A stretch of DNA of 64,000 bases from an uncultured delta proteobacterium (GTDB lineage Bacteria > Myxococcota_A > Polyangia > Haliangiales > Haliangiaceae). The DNA is taken from contig CAWKDB010000010.1 of the NCBI GenBank assembly GCA_963848295.1, forward strand, positions 1 through 64,000, given 5' to 3'. Below, in pieces: positions 41,101 through 51,244 of the stretch. A model generated the notes under the pieces. That model was not told the DNA's origin and ran no database searches. It worked only from the letters and a program-made list of their open reading frames with translations. A program made the translations under genes and the position numbers. Position 1 is the stretch's first letter; each line of letters starts with the position of its first letter.

Positions 41101-42671
41101 TCGACCTGTGCACCGAGACGAAGCAGTGGCACAAGGCGGTCGACACCATCCAGCGGTTCGTCGCGCTCGAGAGCGATCCGTTCCGCAAGGCGCTCTACTT
41201 CCACGCCGCGGCGACGTTGTGCCGCGACGAGCTGAAGGCGCTCCCCGAAGCGATCGATTACTTCGACTGCGCGCTCGACAGCTTCTTCGCGCAACCGGAG
41301 CGGCTCGACGAGCACCAGCTCGCCCGTGCGCTGCGGTCGTTCGAGGCGATCGACGCGGTCCTCACGACGACGCGCGATTGGAAGGGCCAGGAGCGCGCCT
41401 ACCGCGACATGCTCAAGCGGCTGCCGAACGGCGTGAACCCGCTGTTTCACAAGCTGCAGGTCGGCCTGCTCGACGCGCTCGGTGAGATCTATCGGTCGCG
41501 GCTCAAGCAATATGCGGCGGCGACCGAGGTGTTCGAGCTCGCGCAACAGATGGATCCGAAGAGCGAGCTGCGCGCCGGGACCGATCGCGCCGAGATCCTC
41601 GCCGAGCTCTACCTCGTCGCCGGGCCCGACCGCGCCGACAAGGCGATCGAGCAGCACATGGTCATGCTGCACCGCGAGCCGTTCAAGTACGACTCGTACC
41701 AGGCGCTCGCGAAGATCTACGCGGAAACGGGTCAGTGGGACAAGCACTGGTGCCTGTGCAACACGCTCGCGTTCCTCCGGAAGGCCGATGCCGACCAGCT
41801 CGCGTTCTACGAGCAGTACCGGCCGCACGGTCTGGTCAAGGCCAAGGCCGCGATGACCGCGGACAGCTGGGCCAGGCTCGCCCACCGCGACGAGAACCGC
41901 TACATCTCGGCGATCTTCGGCGCGTGCTGGGAGGGCGTCGCGGCGCTCAAGGCGTTCCCGCACAAGGACTTCGGCGTGAAGCGCGAGGATCGCCGCCAGC
42001 TCGACGGCGATCCGCTGACATTCAGCCGGCTGTTCGTGTACGCGGGGCAAGTCATGAACACGCGCTTGCCCGACGTCTACCTCGTCGACGACGGCAAGGC
42101 CGTCGACATCCAGCTCGCGAACGCGATCGATAAGACCGAGCTGTGCCCGTCGTTCGTGGTGCGACCGAACGTGCTGCAGGGCAAGAACGAGCGCGAGGTC
42201 GCGTTCGCGGCCGCGCGCCGGCTCGCGTTCATGCGACCCGAGTACTACCTGCGCCTGCTCCTGCCGACGAACGGCGAGCTGAAGGTGGTGCTGCTCGCGG
42301 CGATCGCGATGGTCCAGCCCGGCTTCCCGGTACCGCCGGCGTTCGCGCCTGCGGTCGCCGAGTACGTCGCCGCGCTGCGCAAGCGCATGCCTACCTACGG
42401 GCTCGAGCAGCTCGGCGTGCTGGTCCAACGCTTCGTCCAGACTTCCCCCGAGACCGACATCGCGAGGTGGAGCCACGCGGTGGAGTTTGCATCGCATCGC
42501 GCCGGCTTCGTCGTCTGCGGCAATCTCGAGCTCACCGCGCGCGCGATCGCGGCGGAGCCGCCGGTGGTGGGCGCGCCGACCGCGAAGGACAAGATCCGCG
42601 AGCTCGTGCTGTTCTCGGCGAGCGATCAGTTGTTCGCGATCCGCGCCCAGATGGGCCTCACGATCGGCTGA
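38181..42671 (+). CDS. Large TPR protein (AgmK-like paralog)
   Basis: GGAGG RBS; many A(L/I)xxDP TPR units; C-terminal RAGFVVCGNL..ELVLFSAS region typical of myxobacterial TPR proteins. Confidence 0.85.
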   Translation: MDSTAPDRDDDTLERTDELLRIAAQTRSPRIATGTVAPPIPDDELLESLDDELETLRALASEHREARAWDELAKTLRRIIDAGQLQDLIGEQEELELYAELGQLEASVLGDVEAAIDAWRKVTAIDPSDLRALAALEDLLSRDGRWRESVEVIERRALVVDDEAVQREALLEAAAIWEDRLADSSRAAELYARVRGLDPTDRVAAERLAAIYAQERRWAELVEILLEQSESLGDAEPQIQLLLRVAGIYERELDDQDSAFYVVQAAFNRGYAHERAGAELERLATATGHWQDVLDEYSGRVAELEREDRRAAADLWARMGRWYCEHLSQLDYAAHSIQQALRIDPTHAGALAANANVQRMRGSSSEQTQDVRGAIDAYEQALAHDPTSATSLEALDRLYRRAEAWQPLVEILTRRAKLATDDADATGFWLEIGSTHELHLADPGQAITAYQNVLALEPSNGVAMRALETLYEKTEQNDQYLAILDTRLAAATADSERIAIYERIATAWEERFGKLDRAAQAYERILAIDPRNTAAHHLLARMHQQAGRYDLLVVAYRNHVAVTADVEARIELILAMAQIHDGRLHDLAGAIHAYEDVLALDADHAIALDALGRLYEKTADWQRAVAALARLAELTDQARKPGLYWRVARIQYSEIGDNDQAEAHLLRALAVDPGHVPALELLTEHYADRGDWQKAAQTMERAASHSALAIDTVRLLNDAAGIYQHKLHQDPQATRLYAAVIALDPEHVAAGRALAGLYFAAGEWAALFPVIEMLCRKLGQQRGEASELHELYFRAARCAEELGKDDKALAYYTAAYELDAAHVPTLMGRADLSFKMQDWASARSLYQNILARRRGSRDVADLVIYYRLGMARNALGERNPALAMFDKALDIDPDHKETLLAVVDLQGKRGDWDAVVRAKRGLLASATGRDKTVLLDDIAAIYNDQLRNAPKATAAYLEALDNAPDDRQLLQKVLDLCTETKQWHKAVDTIQRFVALESDPFRKALYFHAAATLCRDELKALPEAIDYFDCALDSFFAQPERLDEHQLARALRSFEAIDAVLTTTRDWKGQERAYRDMLKRLPNGVNPLFHKLQVGLLDALGEIYRSRLKQYAAATEVFELAQQMDPKSELRAGTDRAEILAELYLVAGPDRADKAIEQHMVMLHREPFKYDSYQALAKIYAETGQWDKHWCLCNTLAFLRKADADQLAFYEQYRPHGLVKAKAAMTADSWARLAHRDENRYISAIFGACWEGVAALKAFPHKDFGVKREDRRQLDGDPLTFSRLFVYAGQVMNTRLPDVYLVDDGKAVDIQLANAIDKTELCPSFVVRPNVLQGKNEREVAFAAARRLAFMRPEYYLRLLLPTNGELKVVLLAAIAMVQPGFPVPPAFAPAVAEYVAALRKRMPTYGLEQLGVLVQRFVQTSPETDIARWSHAVEFASHRAGFVVCGNLELTARAIAAEPPVVGAPTAKDKIRELVLFSASDQLFAIRAQMGLTIG

Positions 42672-42685
42672 GGCAGCAGCGTCCC

Positions 42686-43081
42686 ATGTTCGATCACCTG
42701 TCCATCGGCGTGAAGGATCTCCCGCGCTCGGCCGCGTTCTACGACGCCGCACTGGCGCCGCTCGGTCACGTCCGGCTGTTCGAGAACCCGCGCTCGGTGT
42801 GTTACGGACCGAAAGGCCTCATCGGCGGCGAGCCGCCGTTCGCGATCCTGCCGGTGGCAGAGGGCGAGGTCGTGACCGCGCGCTTCCATCTCGCGTTCGC
42901 GGCGACGTCTCGCGAACAGGTCGTTCGCTTTCACGCGGCCGCGGTCGCCGCGGGCGGCACCGACGGCGGGCCGCCCGGCTTTCGCGAGAACTACGCACCG
43001 ACGTACTACTGCGCGTTCGTCAATGATCCTGACGGCCATCGCCTCGAAGCCGTCGTTCACGGGCTAGGCGGCCCTACGTAG
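42686..43081 (+). CDS. VOC/glyoxalase family protein
   Basis: MFDHLSIGV, FYDAAL, HLAF, GPPG.R..Y and AFVNDPDGHRLE. Confidence 0.9.
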   Translation: MFDHLSIGVKDLPRSAAFYDAALAPLGHVRLFENPRSVCYGPKGLIGGEPPFAILPVAEGEVVTARFHLAFAATSREQVVRFHAAAVAAGGTDGGPPGFRENYAPTYYCAFVNDPDGHRLEAVVHGLGGPT

Positions 43082-43119
43082 AGTGTTGCCACCCCGGACC
43101 TCGCGCGCGACCTTGCGCT

Positions 43120-43806
43120 CTAGTTGTCGGCTTCGCCGGCGAACTGGTACACGCCGCTCACACCGGAGATGTCGTAGTGCACCCAGTCGTACGACAAGAA
43201 TCCCGAGCTGAACGAATACCGAATGAACCCACCGGTGCCCATCGACCATTCGTGATCGCCGCCGGCCTCGTTGGTGATGTGGTAGTCGAGACCGCCGCTC
43301 TTCACGCACACGCCCGCTTCGGTGCTGCTCAGCGAGGACATATGCTTCTGGGCGTTGGCGTTCTGGCTCGTCAGGCACCAGGTGATGGGATCGCCGTCGC
43401 CGAGATGGCACCATGTCGCGCTGAACGAAGACGCGCTGCAACCGTCGAACACCGTCGGCGCGATGAGCCCGACCGGCGCGGTCGCCGGAAACACGCGACC
43501 GGCTGCGACCAGCGATGCGGTGAGGTCGGCGATGGCCGGCGGCACGTCGTGGTCAGTCGCGCTCTCGAGATAGAGCTGGCTCGGCGACAGCGTCTTGGCG
43601 TCGGCGGACGGAATTGCGAGTTGGGTCTGGCTGCTGTCGCCGAGCTCGGCGACCGAGAACGACACGCTGTCTTCGGCGTACAGCTCGATCGTCGTGCCGG
43701 TGCGCGAGACGTACGACGCGACGGGCTTGGCCGGATCGGAATCCGCGCTACCGGTGGTGCAGGCTGCGAGCGAAACGATACTGGAGAGGAGTAGGAGTTT
43801 GGTCAT
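43120..43806 (-). CDS. Hypothetical lipoprotein
   Basis: LAAC lipobox; 228 aa with protein-like composition. Confidence 0.65.
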   Translation of the reverse strand: MTKLLLLSSIVSLAACTTGSADSDPAKPVASYVSRTGTTIELYAEDSVSFSVAELGDSSQTQLAIPSADAKTLSPSQLYLESATDHDVPPAIADLTASLVAAGRVFPATAPVGLIAPTVFDGCSASSFSATWCHLGDGDPITWCLTSQNANAQKHMSSLSSTEAGVCVKSGGLDYHITNEAGGDHEWSMGTGGFIRYSFSSGFLSYDWVHYDISGVSGVYQFAGEADN

Positions 43807-43875
43807 GCCCGCTCAACGCTCGTTCCCGGCGATCTTCCCGCGACCTCGCCGGGGCCAGGATTCGGGGCGACTGCA

Positions 43876-44000
43876 GCACCAGCTTCGCGGTGCAACACCC
43901 GATCGGAGGCGAGCAGCGCGTGATTACCGTCGGCCGCTGGGGACCACGGAAGATGCGCGCGCTGCAGCCGCACCTGTTCACCGTCGCGCGCGCCCGCGAT
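43876..44000 (+). pseudogene. Relic of an integrase arm-binding domain
   Basis: 114/125 nt identical to 49249-49373 by manual alignment, without gaps. Confidence 0.9.
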
Positions 44001-44099
44001 CAGCGCTGAGATGTCCGCGACCTCGGGGGTGGCAGATCCTGCCGCCCACGACGCATTCTATTTGCATGCGCGTCGGGCGCCCATCGGTAGGGTCGCGTC

Positions 44100-44543
44100 A
44101 TGCATCGCAAGCGTATCGCTCTGACGAACCGCAGCTCGGGCCTCGCTGCCGTGGCGTTGTCGATCGCGCTGGGTACGCGCGCCCACGCCGAACCGTCGTC
44201 CGGTGCGTCGCCTGCGGGGGCGAGCGATGAGCGCGCGACCCACCTGCGGGGCCGTGGCTCGCACTACCACGTGGCGGGAGGCATCGTCGCGGCGGTGGGC
44301 GCAGCCACGCTCACGGCGTCGATCATCGCGTTCGTACCGCACTCGTGCGACCCCGCCGGAGGAGACTGTGCGGGCGCCGACCTCGTCGCCGCGATGACGA
44401 TCGGCAGCAGTGCGATCGTATTCGGTACCGGACTACTTCTCTACCATCACGGAACCGAGCTCATCGACCAGGCCAACGCGATGACGGTTGCCGTCACGCC
44501 CGTCGCCAACGGCGTCGAGCTCGTGGTCGCCGGCCACTTTTGA
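44100..44543 (+). CDS. Hypothetical membrane protein
   Basis: Signal peptide, two TM helices and a terminal beta-signal-like VVAGHF. Confidence 0.55.
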   Translation: MHRKRIALTNRSSGLAAVALSIALGTRAHAEPSSGASPAGASDERATHLRGRGSHYHVAGGIVAAVGAATLTASIIAFVPHSCDPAGGDCAGADLVAAMTIGSSAIVFGTGLLLYHHGTELIDQANAMTVAVTPVANGVELVVAGHF

Positions 44544-44719
44544 TCCCGATAGCCGACAGAGCGCCAACGATCGCCATGCGTCCATCCGCGGCGAGCCTAG
44601 CCGCGCCCCCAATCGACACTCACCGGGACCAGCGTCAGCGATCCGGCCGGAGTATCGGGATCGCCTGCGTCGTCGCCGATCATGCGAGGATCGGCAGCCT
44701 GATCGCCTTGGAGCCGTTG

Positions 44720-45874
44720 ATGAGATCTTCGAACGGTGCAAGTCGTGCAGTTGCGCTGGCGGTGACCGCGGCAATGCTCGCGACGCAGACGAGCTGCGCC
44801 CACCACAACCCGGCGGGCGCGGTCGAGCTGCCTCGAGCGCGCACGGCCTACATCACGAGCGTGCGCGTCCTGCGCCAGAACGGCGGTCGGGTATCGTGGG
44901 GGAGAGCCCGCGACCTCATCGCGTACGACGTGCTCGGCGCGAAGGGGTATTACGAGATCCACATCATGCGACCCGACGGATCCGAGGATTCGTGTCTGAC
45001 CTGCGGGAAGCCCGGCTTGCCGCAGCGTCACAACGGTCAGCCCGAATGGCATCCCTCCGGTGACTACCTCGTGTTTCAGTCGGAGCAGGCTTCGCATCCG
45101 GGGCGATCGAGCCAGGCGACGCCCGGGTTCGGTCGTTACTCCGACCTGTGGATCGCGACGAGCGATGGACAGCACTTCTACCCGCTCACGCAGGGGCCGC
45201 GAAGTGACGACTATGGCGTCCTGCATCCGCATTTCTCGGCGGACGGCAAGCACCTGTCGTGGAGCGAGATGTACGGAGCGCCCGAGACCTTCACGCACAA
45301 GGGTGCCGGCGGCTACTGGCGACTGAAGGTGGCGGACTTCGCGATCGATCCGGCTGGCAAGCCGGTGCTGACCAATGTGCGCAGCTACGAGCCCGCCGGA
45401 AAGGCGCTGTACGAAAACCACGGCTTCTCGACCGACGGCACGCAGCTCTTGTTCAGCAGCAACTACGAAGCCACGAAGATGTTCCAGTTCAACGCCGAGA
45501 ATATCTACAGCCTCGAGCTCGCGACCGGTCGCGTCGTCAAGCTCACCGCGGACGGTTACAACGAGCACGCGATCGTGTCGCCGAACGGGCGCAAGGTGGT
45601 CTGGATGTCGAGCCGCGGCAACGCCAACCGTGGCACCGATTACTGGCTGATGAACCTCGACGGCACCGACAAGATCCGGCTGACCAACTTCAACGATCCC
45701 GACAATCCGCTGGGCCACGGTGACCGCCTCATCTGCGCGGACAGCGACTGGAGCGCCGACGCACGACACCTCGTCGGCTACGTCCAGACCAGCCTGTTCC
45801 ACCAGCGCGGGATGGTGATCATGATCGATTTCAGCGACGAGATCGCGCACGCGGCGGGCGTGGCGGCCCCGTGA
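44720..45874 (+). CDS. TolB/PD40-like beta-propeller exported protein
   Basis: WHPSG, FSADG, FSTDG, VSPNG and WSAD blades; N-terminal signal. Confidence 0.75.
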   Translation: MRSSNGASRAVALAVTAAMLATQTSCAHHNPAGAVELPRARTAYITSVRVLRQNGGRVSWGRARDLIAYDVLGAKGYYEIHIMRPDGSEDSCLTCGKPGLPQRHNGQPEWHPSGDYLVFQSEQASHPGRSSQATPGFGRYSDLWIATSDGQHFYPLTQGPRSDDYGVLHPHFSADGKHLSWSEMYGAPETFTHKGAGGYWRLKVADFAIDPAGKPVLTNVRSYEPAGKALYENHGFSTDGTQLLFSSNYEATKMFQFNAENIYSLELATGRVVKLTADGYNEHAIVSPNGRKVVWMSSRGNANRGTDYWLMNLDGTDKIRLTNFNDPDNPLGHGDRLICADSDWSADARHLVGYVQTSLFHQRGMVIMIDFSDEIAHAAGVAAP

Positions 45875-45959
45875 ACGCAGCGATCAGCTTGTTGGCTACT
45901 GCGGTCCGCGAGCGTCGACTCTTGAAACGCGCGGCCATGCCACGTAACCTGGTTTCCTC

Positions 45960-48031
45960 ATGGGGCTTGGGCGGCGTCGGAGCAGTCGATCGATCGCCGC
46001 GCGCGTCGTGTTGTTTGCGTTCGCCGCCGCGTGTGCTTCGATGGCTCGGCCTCCCGAGCCCAACCGGCGGCTCGAGCTCCATACGACCGGTTCGCTGTTC
46101 CGCTCCGAGCGCGCCTACGTGTTCGCGGTGTTGCCGGAGTGGGAGGCGAACGTGGTTCGCATCGACGTGCGCTATCCGGTCGGCTCCGCGAACGATCCGC
46201 CGGGCAAGGAGGGCCTCGCGCACCTCGTCGAGCACATGCTGTTCGCGGTCGAGTATCAGACGAGTGGTCACAAGACGACGATCGCCGCAGAGCTCGGGCG
46301 GATCGCGCTCGGATGGAACGCGGAGACCGCGACCGATTACACCGACTACGAGACCGTCGCGAGCCCGGCCGCGCTCGACGACGTGTTCGCGCTCGAGTCG
46401 GCGCGGATCGCGCTCGGTTGCGGCGGCCTGAGCAAAGACATCTTCGAACGCGAGCGCGAGATCGTGCTCAACGAGCTGCGACAGAATCTCGGGACGACCG
46501 CGTCGTTGCGGCGCGCACCGTTCGAAGCGATCTATCCAGAAGGCCACCCGTACCGGCGGGTCGATTCGGTCGAGAGCGTCGCCAAGCTCCAGCTCGACGA
46601 CGTGTGCACGTTTCTCGCCGACGCGTACCAGCGCGGCACCGTGACGGTCGTCGTGAGCGGTGCTGTCGACGAGGCGTCGGTTCGGACCGGCGCGAAGGCG
46701 TTCGAGCACCTCCGGAAGCGGACGCCCGCGAACGACAGAGTCCCAACGCCGCTCGAGCCGCGCCCTGCCCTGGTGAAAGTCAAAGCCGATGTCGACGAGC
46801 CGATGTGGTTCGCGACGTTCCCGCTGCCACCGATGTCGACGCGCGACTACCGCACACTCGAGTTGGTGTGGCCCTCGATCGGCGCGACCGGTGGGGGCTG
46901 GGGCAAGTGGTGGGGGCACGACGCGAACACGTTCGTGATCGGTGGTGTCTATGCGCCCGTCCTGGTCTCGACGATCACGCTGAGCTCTGCGAGCAAAGCG
47001 GACGATGCGAAGGACGAGCTGCGCCGCTCGATCGACGGCGCCCTCAGGAGCGTCTACTTCAACGGCGACGATGTACGCGGCAGCCGCCGCTGGGAGCTGC
47101 GGTGGCACGCATGGGCGACCGACCTCGTCGCGGATTGGGAATCGCTCGGCGGGCGTAACGCGCTCGCCGCTGACATGTTGATGTACGCCACCGATACGTC
47201 CCTGCTCGTCGGTCGAATCGAAGAGCTCCACGGCCTGGGATGAGCGAGGCCAGCGTCGACAAACTGCACCACGACCTGGTGATCGGATGGGCGCGCGATC
47301 ATGTCGTCCCCAGCAACGCGGTGTTGATCTCGACCGGCGCCTTCGATCCCGAGGTCGTCAAGCAGCACATCGAGTACGACGCCGGGCCGGCCTCGTCGGG
47401 TAAGCACACCGCGCCGATCACCGTCGCGCCGCGCCGCACAAGCGCACCGCGCTACGTGAGCGGCGTCCAGCAGAAACCGTCGCCGACGATCGAGCTCGAC
47501 GTCTTGTTCCAGGCCGGCAGCGGCGTCGACAAGGACTACGCGAAGCGGCTCGTCCTCGAGGCCGTCCTCGACGAACAGTTGGATCGCCTGCGCGCCAAGC
47601 GAGCGCTGACCTACGGATTCTCGGCCGAATACGCGACCCGCCGTGCCGGTGGCATGTGGACCATCTCGGGTCGCGCGGACGCGAACCGTGCGCGCGAGGC
47701 GGCCGCCGAGCTCGTCGGGATCCTCGCCGACATGCGACGCGACCCCGAGTCCTATCGAGCGTCGTTCGTGCTCGCGCGGCAGAAGGTGCTCGATCGGCTG
47801 CTCGCGGCGACGACCGACTCGTCGGCGATGGCGTCTCGCTTCGCACTTCAGGCGCGTTTCGATCTGCCCGACAACTTCGACGACAAGGTCGCCTCGGAGG
47901 TCGCGCAGCTCACGCTCGCGACGTTCCATCCGTTCGTCGCGAGTGACCTCGCGCTGAGCGCGCAAGTCTTCGGCGCGTTCGGCAACGCCGGCCCCGTCGG
48001 GGCGGCGCTCGAAGCGGCCCAGGGCATGTGA
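45960..48031 (+). CDS. M16 (insulinase) family peptidase, split at ~47240
   Basis: GSANDPPGKEGLAHLVEH (HxxEH), NAET, EREIVLNE and GHPY. The two ORFs overlap by ATGA, so this is either a frameshift or a real two-gene split. Confidence 0.8.
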
Positions 48032-48084
48032 TGTCTAGCGGTCAGAATGGACGCAACGTGTTAGTTGGCGGCCTGGTGATCCCG

Positions 48085-48490
48085 GCGTATGGCCAGCGGC
48101 GGAAACGGCGCAGCGACAAAACCTCGATTCGCTCGTTCCGGCTGAACGGGTACGGCGCGTCGCGAGCAACGAAGATCGCATCTATCTCTACCCCACCGCG
48201 AGCTTCCATACGGTCGGCGACGCGCTCGCATCAACGAGACACTTCTGGGAGACGTTCGGAGGGCTCGATCAGATCGATCCTTCGTTTTCGATGATTATCG
48301 GAGACTTCGGACTTGGTTCGGATGCGGTTATCACCGTCGACTATAGGAGCAGCGCTACGAACCCCACCGTGATGTACCTCTGTTGGTCGAGAACGGCCGA
48401 TCCATCGAGACGGACCAACTGGGTCCAGTGCGCGGCGAGCTTGACGAGTTCGTTGATCGGCTTGGCCTCGACGCTGGTCGAGATGGCTAG
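48085..48490 (+). pseudogene. SMI1/KNR4 (SUKH)-like protein with no in-frame start and a frameshift near 48441
   Basis: Manual translation: VWPAAETAQRQNLDSLV..IGDFGLGSDAVITVDYRSSATNPTV..NWVQCAAS(F)DEFVDRLGL. Confidence 0.55.
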
Positions 48491-48588
48491 CTTTCACGCA
48501 CGTCCGCGCTGTATTGCTAGCTCGTTTCTCAGCGCGAGCGAATCCAAGCTTCGCGGTCGATGACGACCCTGGAGGCTAGGGCATCTGC

Positions 48589-48942
48589 TCACCGCGCTGG
48601 AAGCGTCGCTCTGTAGTACGCGATGATCTCTTCGGCGGAGGTCTCACTCCATGCAGCGATCGATCGCGCGAGGTTCCCGCGGTGGCGCTTGATGTCGTCG
48701 TCGTCGATGTCGGTCGGAAGGTCGACGACAAGGTTTTTTGCGCGCAGACATCGAAGATGCGCTTCGCGCACTCTGTTGGCGCTGACGACTAGCTTCGGCA
48801 GCGGCTCGCCGCGCTTGATGGCTCCCACGAGTGTTCGCTCAGCCTTCTCGAGCACCTTCATGGCAGATCCGGGAACTGGCCTTGGACGATGGGACAGCCA
48901 CGTGCGATACGCCTGCTCGAGATCGGGAGCCTTGTTGCCCAT
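48589..48942 (-). CDS. Hypothetical helical protein
   Basis: 117-aa ORF starting just beyond the att copy; no recognisable motif. Confidence 0.4.
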   Translation of the reverse strand: MGNKAPDLEQAYRTWLSHRPRPVPGSAMKVLEKAERTLVGAIKRGEPLPKLVVSANRVREAHLRCLRAKNLVVDLPTDIDDDDIKRHRGNLARSIAAWSETSAEEIIAYYRATLPAR

Positions 48943-48955
48943 TCCGTACCGATCC

Positions 48956-49002
48956 TGGTGGAGGTTAAGGGGATTGAACCATTGGCCCTCGGCTTGCAAA
49001 GC
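48956..49002 (-). repeat. att site: displaced 3' part of tRNA-Ala including CCA
   Basis: Matches 58703-58746 with 2 mismatches; starts in the anticodon stem. Confidence 0.93.
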
Positions 49003-49109
49003 AGCGAGGTCTAGTCTTACGCAGACTTACCTCGTCCCGCCTAGCGGGCATTTTCCGACGACGATCGCGCAATGATGCATTCCGGACACCTCTCGAGTGC
49101 GGTAGGTTT

Positions 49110-49130
49110 GGTGGGCAAATGGTGGGCAAA
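49110..49130 (+). repeat. Tandem GGTGGGCAAA x2, putative integrase arm-type site
   Basis: 11-bp period; the same doublet occurs at 58658-58678. Confidence 0.75.
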
Positions 49131-50501
49131 AAGGCAACCGTGGAGCTGACCGACCGCCTTCTCGAGTCGTTCCACTTGGGCAGCAGAGACCGCGTCAAAG
49201 TGTGGGACTCGAAGCTGACCGGTTTCGGCGTGACCATCGGAAAGCTACGCACCAGCTTTATGGTGCAGCACCGGATCGGAAGCGAGCAACGCGTGATCAC
49301 CGTCGGCCGCTGGGGACCGCAGAAGATGCGCGCGCTGCAGCCGCACCTGTTCACGGTCGCGCGCGCCCGCGATGCGGCGGTCCGAGTACTCGCCGACATG
49401 ATGCGAGGCGAGGATCCGCGCGGGCCGCGCGGCGTGCGCCGCCACGATGCGCCGACGCTCGGCAGCGCTTTCGATCTGCACATCTCGCGGATGAAGGCGA
49501 ACCAGGCGAGCGCGCGGAGCATCACGACCGTCAAGAGCGAGGCCGAGAAGTACCTCGCCGACTGGCTCAAGCGCCCGCTCCACGAGATCGAGCGGAGCGA
49601 GTGCCGTGCGCTCCACGAGAAGCTCAGTAAGGGAAACGGCCCTTACATCGCGAACCGGATCATGCGGCACATCCGCGCGGCGTGGAACACGGCACTCAAA
49701 GAGCACGACCTACCCGCGAACCCGACGATCGCCGTGCACTGGAACCGCGAGCACCGGCGCCAGGAGCCGATCGCGTGGGCGAAGCTGCCCGCGTGGCTCG
49801 CGACTGTCTCGAAGCTCGAGCCCGTGATAGTGAACCGCAAGCGGGTGCGCGAGCGGTCTGGGATACGCGGCGACTACCAGCTGTTCATGCTGTTCACGGG
49901 CCTGCGCCGGATGGACGCCGCCACGGTGCGCTGGGACCACATCGATCTCGAGGCCGGTACGCTGCGCCGGCCGAACCCGAAGGGCGGCAAGGATCGCGCG
50001 TTCACGATCCCGCTCAGCTCCGAGTGCGTGCGGATCCTCGCGCGCCGCGCGGCCGAGAACCGCGAGGCCTACACCGAGGGCGACGGCGGATGGGTGTTCC
50101 CGACGCGCGCGATCAAAGATCGCGAATGCGATCTATGCAAGGCGCTCGGGCTTGGCGAGCACAAGGCCGGCGGCGTGTGCCACGTGATCGAGGGCAAGCA
50201 GCAGCGCTATGACAAGGAGCTCGGCAAGGCCAAGAGGATCCTGCCGTCGCCGCACCGGCTACGCGACACGTACACCACCGCGCTGGTCGAGGTCGGCCAG
50301 ATATCGCCGTTCGCGATCGACGTACTCACGAACCACCGCCCGCCCCGCGGGTCGGTGACGGCGGGCTACGTCGACCTGTCGATCGAGCACCTCGCCGAGT
50401 GCCAGGAGCGCGTCACGCAGTTCCTGCTCGCGAAGATGAACCCGCCGACCGAGCCGAAGACGAAGTCGCGGCGCGCGCGTCACCTCCGAGCCTTGCCCTG
50501 A
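49119..50501 (+). CDS. Tyrosine integrase with an N-terminal arm-binding domain
   Basis: VWDSKLTGFGV..ITVGRW arm domain; catalytic TGLRR, K, HRLR, LTNH and GY. Alternative GTG at 49140. Confidence 0.93.
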   Translation: MVGKKATVELTDRLLESFHLGSRDRVKVWDSKLTGFGVTIGKLRTSFMVQHRIGSEQRVITVGRWGPQKMRALQPHLFTVARARDAAVRVLADMMRGEDPRGPRGVRRHDAPTLGSAFDLHISRMKANQASARSITTVKSEAEKYLADWLKRPLHEIERSECRALHEKLSKGNGPYIANRIMRHIRAAWNTALKEHDLPANPTIAVHWNREHRRQEPIAWAKLPAWLATVSKLEPVIVNRKRVRERSGIRGDYQLFMLFTGLRRMDAATVRWDHIDLEAGTLRRPNPKGGKDRAFTIPLSSECVRILARRAAENREAYTEGDGGWVFPTRAIKDRECDLCKALGLGEHKAGGVCHVIEGKQQRYDKELGKAKRILPSPHRLRDTYTTALVEVGQISPFAIDVLTNHRPPRGSVTAGYVDLSIEHLAECQERVTQFLLAKMNPPTEPKTKSRRARHLRALP

Positions 50502-50580
50502 TTCGATCAACGCCGTTGATCGAATCGGGCGGCCTTCGCGCAGCTCCGGGCGGCGGCCGCGCGCGAATTCCGGCGAGGCG

Positions 50581-51241
50581 TCAGTGCGTGAAGACTGGGA
50601 GCAGAAGGGTGCGCGCCGATGGCGAGAGGCGGAACGCAGCTCTGCGGTAGTACCGCGCGTCGTCCGGCGGATCCGTCAACAGCTCCTTCGTCGCGTCGAC
50701 GCTGGCCTTGGTGAGCGCCAGGTACCTCGCCTTGGTGAGCTCGAGGCCGCCGAGATCGGTGTCGAGGAAGTGAACGATGCCTTTGTCGAACTTCGTCCAG
50801 TGCGGGTTGTCGTGCTCGCCCGGCCACGCCGCAATGCACACGTACGGCGCACGCCGCGTGACCGGCATCGACGCAAACGGCGCGAACCCCATCACGGATG
50901 AGACCAGACCCTCGCGGACTCGCCAGTCCACGCCGACGAACACGTCGTCGGTCTCGACGCCGTCCGGCGACACCTCGGCGATCCGCCAGCGTTCGCCTTC
51001 GCTCAGGCGCGCGAGTTGCTCGACGAGCGCCGCTTTCGGTGCGAATGCCCGTGAAGATCGCGATCGCCGGCAGCCTCGCTTCCCGGCAAGTATCGAGGAA
51101 GCCGCTGACGTCCGCCTCGTCGGCTACAGCAGGAACCACGAACGAGAGGATCCGATGCCGTTCGCGAGCGATGCGCGCGGCGAACTGGCAGCCGGTCAGG
51201 CCCTGCGCCAGCCAGCGGCGAAGGTGCGCGTCCGCCGACAC
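50581..51241 (-). CDS. Hypothetical protein, ~219 aa (extra A near 51034)
   Basis: ORF 50507..51241 N-terminus (GCQFA) joins ORF 50581..50973 through TEAALVEQLARL. Confidence 0.55.
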
Positions 51242-51244
51242 GAG

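Noticed and set aside
48956..49002. Second tRNA gene
   Set aside because: Lacks the 5' acceptor strand and D-arm; it is an att remnant.
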